A DNA stretch of 32,751 bases from Octopus bimaculoides (Eukaryota): positions 5,442,717 to 5,475,467 of the forward strand of contig NC_069008.1 in assembly GCF_001194135.2 (NCBI RefSeq), read 5' to 3'. The notes under the pieces are model-generated. The model was not told the DNA's origin. It saw only the letters and a list, made by a program, of their open reading frames with translations, and searched no databases. Of the stretch, positions 1 through 14,689 are shown piece after piece. A program made the position numbers and the translations under genes. Positions within the stretch are counted from its first letter, which is position 1. The number at the start of each line of letters is the position of its first letter.

Positions 1-3000
1 CGAACGTACGTAGGAACGAACGAACAATCGTACGAACGAACGATCAAACGTACGTACGAACGAATGAACGAACTAACGAGCGAACAAACGAAGGAATGAA
101 CGAAAGAACGAACGAAAGATCAAACGAACGAACGATCGAACGTACATACGAACGAACGACCGAACAAAGAACGAACGAACGTACGTACGAACGAGTGAAT
201 GATCGAACGAACGAACGAACGAAAGATCGAACTTACGTACAAACAAACGTACGAACGAACGTATGTACGTACGAACAAACGAATGTACGTACGAACGAAT
301 GAACGTACGTACGTACGACCGAACGTACGTACGTACGTACGAAGCAACGAACGAAGGAACGAGCGTATGAACGAACGAACAATCCTACGAACGAACAAAA
401 GATCAAACGTACGTACGAATGAATGAAGGAACGAAATAACGAAGGAACGAACGTACGTATTACGTAGGTAGGGAATAAGGAAAGAACGTATGTACGTAAG
501 AACGAACAAAGGCATGAACGAACGAAAGTCCGAACGAACGACGAAACGTACGTACGTACATACGTAAGAACGAGTGAACGTACGTACGAACAAACGATCA
601 AAGGAATACACGTACGTACGTACGACCGAACGAACGTACATACGTACGAAGCAAGCAACGAACGAACGTACGTACGCACGAACTAGCTTAAGTACGTACG
701 AACGAACGAACGTACGAACTACCAAACATACGTTCATACGTAAGAACGAACGAATGAACGAACGTACGTACGTACGAAAAAAAGAACGAACGTACGTACA
801 AATGAACGTACGTATGAACGATTGAACTAACGAACGAACGTACGCATGTACGTACGAACAAACGAATGAACGTACGTACGTACGACCGAACGAAAGTACG
901 TGCGTACGAAGCAACGAACGAACGAACGTACGTATGAAGGAACGAACAATCGTACGAACGAACGAACGAAATAACGAACACATGACCGAGCGAAATATCG
1001 AACGAACGACGATCGATCGGACGTAGGTACGAACGAACGAACGAAAGAAGAAAAGAACGAAAGAATGAAAAGTACGAATGAAAGAACGAACGTACGTAGG
1101 AACGAACGAACAATCGTACGTACGAACGAACGAACAAATGATCAAAGTACGTACGAACGAATGAACGAACTAACTAACGAACGAACAAACGAAGGAATGA
1201 AAGAAAGAACGAACGAAAGATCGAACGAACGAACGTACGTACGAACGACCGAACAAAGAACGAATGAACGAACGAACGAGTGAATGATCGAACGTACGTA
1301 CAAACAAACGTACGAACGAACGTATGTACGAATGAACGTTCGTACGTACGAAGCAACGAACGAACGTACGTACGTATGAACGAACGAACAATCCTACGAA
1401 CGAACAAAAGATCAAACGTACGTACGACGATCGATCGGACGTAGGTACGAACGAACGAAAGAAGAAAAGAACGAAAGAATGAAAAGTACGAATGAAAGAA
1501 CGAACGTACGTAGGAACGAACGAACAAACGATCAAACGTACGTACGAACGAATGAACGAACAAACGAATGAACGAAAGAACGAACGAGTGAACGTACGTA
1601 CGTACGAACGAATGAACGAACTAACTAACGAACGAATAAACGAAGGAATGAACGAAAGAACGAACGAAAGATCGAACGAACGTACGTACGAACGAGTGAA
1701 TGATCGAACGAACGAACGAAAGATCGAACGTACGTACAAACAAACGTACGAATGAACGTATGTACGTACGAACGAACGAGTGAACGTACGTACGAACGAA
1801 CATAGGAATGAACGTACGTACGAAGCAACGAACGTACGTATGAACGAACGAACAAGAGATCAAACGTACGTACGAATGAATGAACGAACGAAATAACGAA
1901 CGAACTTATCGATCGAACGGACGTAGGTACGAACGAACGAACGTTCATACGAACGAAAGAACGTATGTAGGTACGAACGAACATTCATACGAACGAACGA
2001 ACGAACATTCATACGAACGAACGATCGAACGTACGTACGTATTACGGAGGTAGGGAATAAGGAAAGAACGTATGTACGTACGAACGAACGAACAAAGGCA
2101 TGAACGAACGAAAGTCCGAACGAACGATGAAACGTACGTACGTACATACGTAAGAACGAGTGAACGTACGTACGAACTGACAAACAATCAAAGGAATATA
2201 CGTACGTGCGTACGACCGAACGAACGTACATACGTACGAAGCCAGGAACGAACGAACGTACGTACGAACTAGCTTAAGTACGTACGAACGAACGACCGAA
2301 CGAAAGAAGAAACAAACAAACGTACGAACGAAATAACGGAGGAACGAAAGATCTAACGAACGAACGAACGATCGTACGAACATACGTACGAACGAACGAA
2401 TGAACGAACGTACGAACGAGCAAACATACGTACGTACGTAAGAACGAATGAACGAACGTACGTACGAACGATTGAACTAACGAACGAATGTACGCATGTA
2501 CGTACGAACGAACGAATGTACGTACGCACGAGTGACCGTACGTACGAACGACCGATCTAACGAACGAACGAACGTACGTATGAAGGAACGAACAATCATA
2601 CGAACGAACAAACGTACGTACGAACGAATGAACGAACGAAATAACGAACACATGAACGAACGAAATATCGAACAAACGACGATCGATCGGTCGTAGGTAC
2701 GAACGAACGAACAAAAGAACGAAAGAATGAAAAGTACGAATGAAAGAACGAACTTACGTAGGAACGAACGAACAATCGTACGTACGAACGAATGAACGAA
2801 CTAACTAACGAACAAACGAAGGAATGAACGAAAGAACGAACGAAAGATCGAACGAACGATCGAACGTACGTACGAACGAACGTACGTACGAACGAACGTA
2901 CGTACAAACGAACGTACGAATGAACGTATGTACGAACGAACGAACGAACGTACGCATGTACGTACGAACGAGTGAACGTACGTATGAAGCAACGAACGAA

Positions 3001-6000
3001 CGTACGTAGGAACGAACGAACAATCGTACGAACGAACACACGAACAAACGATCAAACGTACGTACGAACGAATGAACGAACTAACTAACGAACGAACAAA
3101 CGAAGGAATGAACGAAAGAACGAACGAAATTCGAACGAACGAACGATCGAACGTACGTACGAATGAACGACCGAACAAAGAACGAATGAACGAACGAACG
3201 TACGTACGAACGAGTGAATGATCGAACGAACGAACGAACGAAAGATCGAACGTACGTACAAACAAACGTACGAACGAACGAACAAAGGCATGAACGAACG
3301 AAAGTCCGAACGAACGAACGATGAAACGTACGTACGTATATACCTAAGAACGAGTGAACGTACGTACGAACGAACAAACTATCAAAGGAATACACGTACG
3401 TACGTACGACCGACTGAACGTACATACGTACGAAACAAGGAACGAACGAACTTACGTACGCACGAACTAGCTTAAGTACGTACGAACGAACGACCGAACG
3501 AAAGAAGAAACAAACAAACGTACGAACGAAATAACGGAGGAACGAAAGATCTAACGAACGAACGAACAAAAGAACGAACGAACGTGCGTACGAACGAGCA
3601 AATATACGTACGTACGTAAGAACGAACAAACGAACGAAGAAAAGAGCGAATGAACGAATGTACGTACGTACGAACGAGCGATTGGACGAACGGACGTACT
3701 CATGCACGTAAGAACGAACGAACGTACGACCAAACGAACGATTGAACGAGCAAACGAACGTACGTACGTACGAAGCAACGAACAAACGTACGTACGTAAG
3801 AACGACCGATCGGACGAACGAACGCTCGAAAGACCGAACGAAAGAACGTACGTACGAAAAAACGAACGAACGAACGAATGAAGAAAAGAGCAAACGAACG
3901 AACAAAAGTATGAATGAAAGAACGAACGTACGTACGAACGAACGAACAAACAAACGAACGAACGTACATACGTAAGAGTGATCGAACGAAGGCACGAACG
4001 AACGAACGAACGAAGGCATGAACGAACGAACGAGCAAACATACGTACGAACGAGTGAACGTACGTACGTACGAACGAATGACCGAACTAACGAAAGAACG
4101 AAAGATCGAACGAACGTACGAACAAAAGAACAAATGAACGAACGAACGTACGAACGAATGATCGAACGAACGGACGAACGATTAAACGAACGAACGTACG
4201 CATGTGCGTGCGAACGAACGTACGTAAGAGTGAACGTACATACGTACGCACGACCCAACGAACAAGCGAATGAACGTACGTACGTACGACCGAACGAACG
4301 TACGTACGTACGACCGAACGAACGTACTTATGAACGAACGAACAATCGTACGTATGAACGAACGAACAATCGTACGAACGAACGAACGTAGGCATGTACG
4401 TAAGAACGAAGGTACGTACGTAAAAACGACCGAACAAACGTACGTACGAACGAAGGAAAGAACATTCGTCCGTACGTACGTAGGAAAGAACGAAGGAACA
4501 AACGAACATACGTATGTACGTAAGAAAGAACGATCGAACGTATGTACGTACGAACGAATGAATGAACGAACGAACTAACGTACGTATGTTCGAACGCACG
4601 AACGAACGTACGTACGAACGAACGTACGTACGAACGAACAAACGAACGTACTTACGTAAGTACGAGTGAACGAACGATTGTACGTATTACGTAGGCAAGG
4701 AATAAGTAAAGAACGTATGTACGTACAAACGAACTAATAAACGAACGAAAGCATGAACGAACGTAAGAACGAACGAGCAAATGTACGTACGAACGAGTGA
4801 ACGTACGTACGTACGAACGAACAAACGAACGAAAAAACGAACGAAAGATCGAACGAACGATCGAACGTACGAACGAACAAAATAACGAAGGTACGTACAA
4901 ACGAACGTACGTACGAATGAACATACGTACGAACGAGCGAACGAACGAACGTACGCATGTACGTACGAACGAGTGAACGTACGTACGAACGTACGTATGA
5001 ACGAACGAACAATCGTACGAACGAACGAATGAACAAACGTACGTATGAACGAACTAACTAACGAATGAACGAAAGAACGAACGAACGATCGAACGTACGA
5101 ACGAACGACCGAATAAACGAACGAACGTACGTACGAACGAGCGATTGCTCGAACGAACGTACGAACGAGTGAATGATCGAACGAACGAACGAAAGATCGA
5201 ACGTACGTACAAACAACCGTACGAACGAACGTATGTGCGAAAGAACGAGCGAACGCATGTACGTACGAACGAATGTATGTACGAACGAGTGAACGTACGT
5301 ACGTACGAACGAACTAACGAACGATTGGACGAACGGACGTACTCATGCACGTAATAACGAACGAACGTACGTACGTACGAAAAAAAGAACAAGCATACGT
5401 ACAAACGAACGTACGTACAAATGAACGTATGTACGAACGAGCGAACGATAGAACGAACGAACGCATGTACGTACGAACGAGTGAACGTACGTACGAACGT
5501 ACGTATGAACGAACTAACAATCGTACGAACGAACGAACGAACAAACGTACGTATGAACGAACTAACTAACGAATGAACGAAAGAACGAACGAACGATCGA
5601 ACGTACGAACGAACGACCGAATAAACGAACGAACGTACGTACGAACGAGCGATTGCTCGAACGAACGAAAGAACGAACGTACAAACAAATGTACGAACAA
5701 ACGTATGTGCGAAAGAACGAGCGAACGCATGTACGTACGAACGAATGTTTGTACGAACGAGTGAACGTACGTACGTACGAACGACCGAACGAATGTACGT
5801 ACGAACGTACGTACGTACGACCGAACGTACGTACGTACGAAGCAACGAACGAACGAACGAACAATGCTACTAACGAACAAAAGATCAAACGTACGTACGA
5901 ATGAACGAACGAACGAAATAACGAACATATGAACGAACGAAGGATCGATCGAACGGACGTAGGTACGAACGAACGAATGTTCATACGAACGAACGTACGT

Positions 6001-9000
6001 AGGTACGAACGAACGAGCGAATGCACGAACGAACGATCCAACGTACGTACGTGTTACGTAGTTAGGGAATAAGGAAAGAACGTATGTACGTACGAAAGAA
6101 CGACCGAACGAAAGAAGAAACAAACGAACGTACGAACGAAATAATGGAGGAACGAAAGATCTAACGAACGAACGATCGTACGAACATACGTACGAACGAA
6201 CGAATGAACGAACGTACGTACGAACGAGCAAACATACGTACGTACGTAAGAACGAACGAACGAAGAAAAGAACGAACGTACGTACGTACGAACGATTGGA
6301 CGAACGGGCGTACTCATGCACGTAATAACGAACGAACGTACGCACGTACGAAAAAAAGAATAAACATACGTACAAATGAACGTACGAACGATTGAACTAA
6401 CGAACGACCGAACAAAGAACGAATGAACGAACGAACGTGCGTACGATCGAGTGAATGATCGAACGAACGAACGTACGTACAAACAAACGTACGAACGAAC
6501 GTATCTACGAAAGAACGAAAGATTGAACGCATGTACGTACGAACGAACGAATGTACGTACGAACGAGCGAACGTACGTACGTACGAACGAGTGAACGTAC
6601 GTACGTACGAAGCAGCGAACGAACGAACAATCCTACGAACGAACAAAGGATCAAACGTAGGTACGAACGAATGAACGAACGAAATAACGAAGGAACGAAC
6701 ACATGAACGAACGAAATATCGAACGAGCGATCGAACGGACGTATGTACGAACGAACGTTCATACCAACGAACGAACGTACGTAGGTACGAACGAACGAAC
6801 GTACGTACGTATTACGGAGGTAGGGAATAAGGAAGGAACGTATGTACGTACGAACGAACGAGCAAAGGCATGAACGAACGAAAGTCCGAACGAACGAACG
6901 ATGAAACGTACGTACGTACATACGTACGACCGAACGAACGTACATACGTACGAAGCAAGGAACGAACGGACGTACGTACGCACGAACTAGCTTAAGTACG
7001 TACGAACGAACGTACAAACGTATGTTCGAAAGCACGATGAAACGTACGTACGTACGTAAGTACGAGTGAACGAACGATCGTACGTATTACGAAGGCAGGG
7101 AATAAGGAAAGAACGTATGTACGTACAAACGAACTAATAAACGAACGAAGGCATGAACGAACGTAAGAACGAACGAGCAAATGTACGTACGAACGAGTGA
7201 ACGTACGTACGTACGTACGCACGAACGTACGTACGAATGAACGTATGTACGAACGAACGAACGAGTGAATGATCGAACGAACGAACGAACGAACGTACGT
7301 ACAAACAAACGTACGAACGAACGTATGTACGAAAGAACGAACGAACGCATGTACGTACGAACGAACGAATGTACATACGAACGAGTGAACGTACGTACGT
7401 ACGAACGACCGAACTAACGAACGAAGAAACGAATGAACGTACGTACGTACGACCGAACGTACGTACGAAGCAACGAACGAAGAATCCTACGAACGAACAA
7501 AAGATCAAACGTACGTACGAAAGAATGAACGAAATAACGAAGGAACGAACGACGGAACAAAAGAACGAACGAACGTACGAACGAGTGAATGATCGAACGA
7601 ACGAACGAAAGATCGAACGTACGTACAAACAAACGTATGTACGAAAGAACGAACGAACGCATGTACGTACGAACGAACGAATGTACGTACGAACGAGTGA
7701 ACGTACGTACGTACGAACGACCGAACTAACGAACGAACAAACGAATGAAAGTACGTACGTACGACCGAACGAACGAACGTACGTACGTATGAACGAGCGA
7801 ACAATCCTACGAACGAACAAAAGATCAAACGTACGTACGAACGAAATAATGAACACATGAACGAACGAACGATCGAACGGACGTAGGTACGAACGAACGT
7901 TCATACGAACGAACGATCGAACGTACGTACGTATTACGTAGGTAGGGAATAAGGAAAGAACGTATGTACGTACGAACGAACGAAAGTCCGAACGAACGAA
8001 CGATGAAACGTACGTACGTACATACGTAAGAACGAGTGAACGTACGTACGTACGAACGAACAAACGATCAAAGGAATACACGTACGTACGTACGACCGAA
8101 CGAACGTACATACGTACGAAGCAAGGAACGAACGAACGTACGTACGCACGAACTAGCTTAAGTACGTACGAACGAACGACCGAAGAAACAAACGAATGAA
8201 CGACCGATCTAACGAACAAACAAACGAATGAACGTACGTACGTACGACCGAACGAAAGTACGTGCGTACCAAGCAACGAACGAACGAACGTACGTATGAA
8301 GGAACGAACACATGAACGAACGAAATATCGAACGGACGTATGTACGAACGAACGTTCATACCAACGAACGAACGTAGGTACGAACGAACGAACGAACGTA
8401 CGTACGTATTACGTAGGTAGGGAATAAGGAAAGAACATATGTACGTACGAACGAACGAACAAAGGCATGAACGAACGAAAGTCCGAACGAACGAAAGTCC
8501 GAACGAACGAAAGTCCGAACGAACGAACGATGAAACGTACGTACGTACGAACAAACGATCAAAGGAATACACGTACGTACGTACGACCGAACGAACGTAC
8601 ATACGTACGAAGCAAGGAACGAACGAACGTACGTACGCACGAACGAAAGTTCGAACGTACGAACGTATGTTCGAACGCACGAACGAACGAACAAACAAGG
8701 GAACGATCGAACAAACGAACGTACGTACGTAAGTACGTGTGAACGAACGATCGTACGTATTACGTAGGCAGGGAATAAGGAAAGAACGTATGTACGTACA
8801 AACGAACTAATAAACGAACGAAGGCATGAACGAACGTAAGAACGAACGAGCAAATGTACGTACGAACGAGTGAACGTACGTACGTACGCACGAACGAACA
8901 AACGAACGAATGAACGAAAAAACAAACGAAAGATCGAACGAACGAACGAACGAACGTACGTACAAACGAACGTATGTACGAAAGAACGAACGAACGAATG

Positions 9001-12000
9001 TACGTACGTACGTACGAACGACCGAACTAACGAACGAACAAACGAATGAACGTACGTACGACCGAAGGTACGTACATACGAAGCAACGAACGAATGAACG
9101 TACGAACGAACGAACGAAATAATGAAGGAACGAACGACCGAACAAAAGAACGAACGAACGTACGAACGAGTGAATGATCGAACGAACGAACGAAAGATCG
9201 AACGTACGTACAAACAAACGTACGAACGAACGTATGTACGAAAGAACGAACGAACGCATGTACATACGAACGAATGTACGTACGAACGAGTGAACGTACG
9301 TACGTACGAACAAGTGAACGTACGTACGTACGAACGACCGAACTAACGAACGAACAAACGAATGAAAGTACGTACGTACGAAGCAACGAACGAACGAACG
9401 TACGTATGAACGAACGTACGTACGTATGAACGAGCGAACAATCCTACGAACGAACAAAAGATCAAACGTACGTACGAACGAAATAATGAACACATGAACG
9501 AACGAACGAACGACCGAAGAAATAAACAAACGTACGAACGAAATAACGGAGGAACGAAAGATCTAACGAACGAACGAATCAACGAACGTACGTACGAACG
9601 AGCAAACATACGTACGTACGTAAGAACGAACGAACGAAGAAAAGAACGAATGAACGAACGTACGTACGTACGAACGATTGGACGAACGGACGTACTCATG
9701 CACGTAATAACGAACGAACGTACGTACAAACGAACGTACTTACGATTGAACTAACGAACGAACGTATGTACGTACGAACGAATGTACGTACGAACGAGTG
9801 ACTGTACGTACGTACGAACGACCGATCTAACGAACGAACAAATGAATGAACGTACGTACGTACGACCGAACGAAAGTACGTGCGTACGAAGCAACGAACG
9901 AACGAACGTACGTATGAAGGAACGATCAATCGTACGAACGAACAAACGTACGTACGAACGAATGAACGAACGAAATAACGAACACATGAACGAACGAAAT
10001 ATCGAACGAACGACGATCGACGTAGGTACAAACGAACGAACGAAGAGAAGAACGAAAAAATGAAATGTACGAATGAAAGAACGAACGTTCGTAGGAACGA
10101 ACGAACAATCGTACGAACGAACGAACGAACAAATGATCAAACGTACGTACGAACGAATGAACGAACTAACTAACGAACGAACAAACGAAGATATGAACGA
10201 AAGAACGAACGAAAGATCGAACGAACGAACGATCGAACGTACGTACGAACGAACGACCGAACAAAGAACGAACGAACGCACGTACGAACGAGTGAATGAT
10301 CGAACGAACGAACGTACGTACAAACAAACGTACGAACGTATGTACGAAAGAACGAACAATTGAACGAACGCATGTACGTACGAACGAACGAATGTATGTA
10401 CGAACGAGTGAACGTACGTACGTACGAACAAGAGAGTGAACGTACGTACGTACGAAGCATCGAACGAACGAACGTACGTATGAACGAACGAACAATCCTA
10501 CGAATGAACAAAAGATCAAACGTACGTACAAACGAAATAACGTAGGAACGAAAACATGAACGAACGAAATATCGAACGAACGAACGATCGATCGAACGGA
10601 CGTAGGTACGAACGAACGTTCATAAGAACGAACGAACGAACGTAGGTACGAATGAACGAACGATCGAACGTACGTACGTATTACGTAGGTAGGGAATAAG
10701 GAAAGAACGTATGTACGTACGAACGAACGAATAAAGGCATGAACGAACGAAAGACCGAACGAACGAACGATGAAACGTACGTACGTACATACGTAAGAAC
10801 GAGTGAACGTACGTACGTACGAACGAACAAACGATCAAAGGAATACACGTACGTACGTACGACCGAACGAACGTACATACGTACGAAGCAAGGAACGAAC
10901 GAACGTACGTACGCACGAACTAGCTTAAGTACGTACGAACGACCGAACGAAAGAAGAAACAAACAAACGTACGAACGAAATAACGGAGGAACGAAAGATC
11001 TAACGAACGAACAAACGATCGTACGAACGAACGAATGAACGAACGAACAAAAGAACGAACGAACGAAGAAAAGAGCGAATGAACGAATGTACGTACGTAC
11101 GAACGAACGATTGGACGAACGGACGTACTCATGCACGTAAGAACGAACGAACGTACGTATTACGTAGGCAGGGAATAAGGAAAGTACGTATGTACTTACA
11201 AACAAACGAAAGCATGAACGAACGAACGTACGACCAAACGAACGATTGAACGAGCAAACGAACGTACGTACGTACGAAGCAACGAACAAACGAACGTACG
11301 TATGTACGTATATATGAACGAACGACCGATCGGACGAACGAACAAACGTGCGTACGAAAGAACGAATGAACAAATGAAAAAACGAACGAATCAACGCTCG
11401 AAAGATCGAACGAACGAACGTACGTACGTACGAAAGAACGAACGAAGAAAAGAGCAAACGAACGAACAAAAGTATGAATGAAAGAACGAACAAACAAACG
11501 AACGCACGAACAAACGTACGAACGAACATATATGCGTACGAGTGATCGAACGAAGGAACGAACGTTCGTACGTATTACGTAGGCAGGGAACAAGGAAAGA
11601 ACGTATGTACGTACGAACGAACGAAGGCATGAACGAACGAACGTACGTACGAACGAATGATCGAACGAACGTACGATCGAACGAAAGAACAGAATAACGA
11701 ACAAAAGAATGAATGAACGAACGAACGTACGTACGAACGAACGTACGTACGAACGAACGAGCGAACATACGTACGTACGTAAGAACGAACGAACGAAGAA
11801 AAGAACGAATGAACGAACGAACGTACGAACGGACTCATGTTCGTAAGAACGAACGAACGTACGAACGAACGTACGAACGAACAAACGAACGTACGTACGA
11901 CCGAACGTACGTACGTATTACGTAGGCAGGGAATAAGGAAAGAACGAACGTACGACCAAACGAACGATTGAATGAACAAACGAACGAACGTACGTATGAA

Positions 12001-14689
12001 GCAACGAACAAACGAACGTACATATGTACGTACGTACGAACGACCGACCGATCGAACGAACGAACAAACGTGCGTACGAAAGAACGAATGAACAAACGAA
12101 AAACGAACGAATGAACGCTCGAAAGATCGAACGAACGAACGTACGTACGAAAGAACGAACAAAATTCTGAATGAAAGAACGAACTACGTAGGAATAAACG
12201 AACGAACAAAAGAATGAAAGAACGTAGGTACGAACGAACGTAGGCATGTACGTAAGAACGAACGTACAAACGACCGAACGAACGTACGTACGAACGAAGG
12301 AAGGAACGTTCGTCCGTACGTACGTAAGAAAGAACGATCGAACGTATGTACGTAAGTACTACGAACGAACGAACGTACGTACGAACGCACGAACGAACGT
12401 ACGAACAAACGAACTAACGTATGTACGTACGAGTGATCGAACGAAGGAACGAACGAATGAACGGAGGAAGGCATGAACGAACGAACGAGCAAACATACGT
12501 ACGAACGAGTGAACGTACGTACGTACGAACGACGGAACTAACGAATGACCGAACGAACGAACGTACGTACGAACGAATGAATGATCGAACGAACGAACGA
12601 CCGAACGTACGTACAAACGAACGTACGCATGAACGTATGTACGAAAGAACGAACGATTGAACGAGCGAACGAACGAACGCATGTACGTACAAACGAACGA
12701 ATGTACGTACGAACGAGTGAACGTACGTACGTACGAACGAACGAGTGAACGTACGTACGAAGCAATGAACGAACGTACGTATGAACGAATGAACGAACTA
12801 ACGAACGAACAAACGAAGGAATAAACGAACGAACGAACGATCGAACGTACGTACGAACGACCGAAAAAAAGAACGAATGATCGAACGAACGAACGAAAGT
12901 ACGTACAAATGAACGAACGTATGTACGACAGAATGAACGATTGAACGAACGCATGTACGTACGAACGAACGAATGTACGTACGAACGAGTCTACGTACAA
13001 ATGAGTGAACGTACGTACGAACGACCGAACTAACGAACGAACAAACGAATGAACGTACGTACGTACGACCGAACGTACGTACGTACGTACGAAGCAACGA
13101 ACGAACGTACGTATGAACGAACGAACAATGCTACGAACGAACAAATGATCAAACGTACGTACGTACGAATGAACGAACGAAATAACGAACATATGAACGA
13201 ACGAAGGATCGATCGAACGGACGTAGGTACGAACGAACGAATGTTCATACGAACGAACGAACATTCATACGAACGAACGATCGAACGAAAGTGCGTACGT
13301 ACGAACGAACGAGCAAATGAACGAACGTACGTACGTATTACGTAGGCAGGGAATAAGGAAAGAACGTATGTACGTACGAACGAACGAACAAAGGCATGAA
13401 CGAACGAACGAAAGTCCGAACGTACGTACGAGTGATAGAACAAAGGAAGGAACGAATGAACGAACGAAGGCATGAACGAACGAACGAGCAAACGTACGTA
13501 CGAACGAGTGAACGTACGTACATACGAACGAACAAACGACCGAACTAACGAACGAACGAACGATCGAACGAACAAAAGAACGAACGAACATACGTACGAA
13601 CGAACGAATGATCGAACGAACGTACGTACGAACGTATGTACGAACGAACGAACGATTGAACGAACGAACGTATGTACGTACGAACGAATGAATGAACAAA
13701 CGAACGAACGTACGTATGTACAAACGCACGAAAGAACGTACGTACGAACGAATAAACGAACGATCGTACGTATTACGTAGGCAGGGAATAAGGAAAGAAC
13801 TATGTACGTACAAACGAACGAATGAACGAAGGCATGAACGAACGAAAGAACGAACGAGCAAACGTACGTACGAACGAGTGAACGTACGTACGTACCAACG
13901 AACGACCGAACTAACAAACGAAAGAACGAACGAACGAACGTACGTATGAACGAACGAACAATCGTACGAACGAACAAAAGATCAAACGTACGTACGAATG
14001 AATGAACGAACGACCGAAAGATCGAAGAAACGAACGAACGAACGTATGTACGAACGAACGACCGAACAAAAGAATGAATGAACGAACGAACGTACGAACG
14101 AATGAATGATCGAACGAACAAACGTACGTACAAACGAACATACGTACGAACGAACGTACGAATGTACGTACGAACGAGTGAACGTATGTACGTAAGAATG
14201 TACGTAAGAACGAACGTACGTAGTACAAACGACCGAACGTACGTAGGTATGTACGTACGAACGAACGATTGAACGAACAAATGGAAGAAAGAACAAAGGT
14301 ACGTACGAACGAAGGAACGAACCTTCGGCCGTACGTAGGAAAGAACGAACGAACAAACGAACGTACGTAAGAAAGAACGATCGAACGTATATACGTAAGT
14401 ACGTACGAAAGAACGAATGAACGAACGAACGTACGTACGAACGCACGAACGAACGTACTTACAAACGAACAAACAAACGAACGAACGAACGTACGAGTGA
14501 ACGAACGTTCGTACGTATTACGTAGGCAGGGAATAAGGAAAGAACGTATGTATGTACGAACGACCGACCGAACTAACGAACGAACGAACGTACGTACGAA
14601 CGAACAAATGAACGAACGAACGTACGTAAGAACGAACTAACGTACGTACGAGTGAACGTACGTGCGTACGAACGACCGAAGGAACGAAC

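Noticed and set aside
2046-2062. Possible two-tier G-quadruplex GGAGGTAGGGAATAAGG (also at 6816-6832)
   Set aside because: Only 2 of 34 landmark copies have four GG runs, so it is not a conserved property, and two-tier G4s are weak.
6062-6067. Telomere-like TTAGGG/TAGGG in the landmark motif
   Set aside because: There is a single TTAGGG, arising as a point variant in one landmark copy, and no tandem telomeric repeats.
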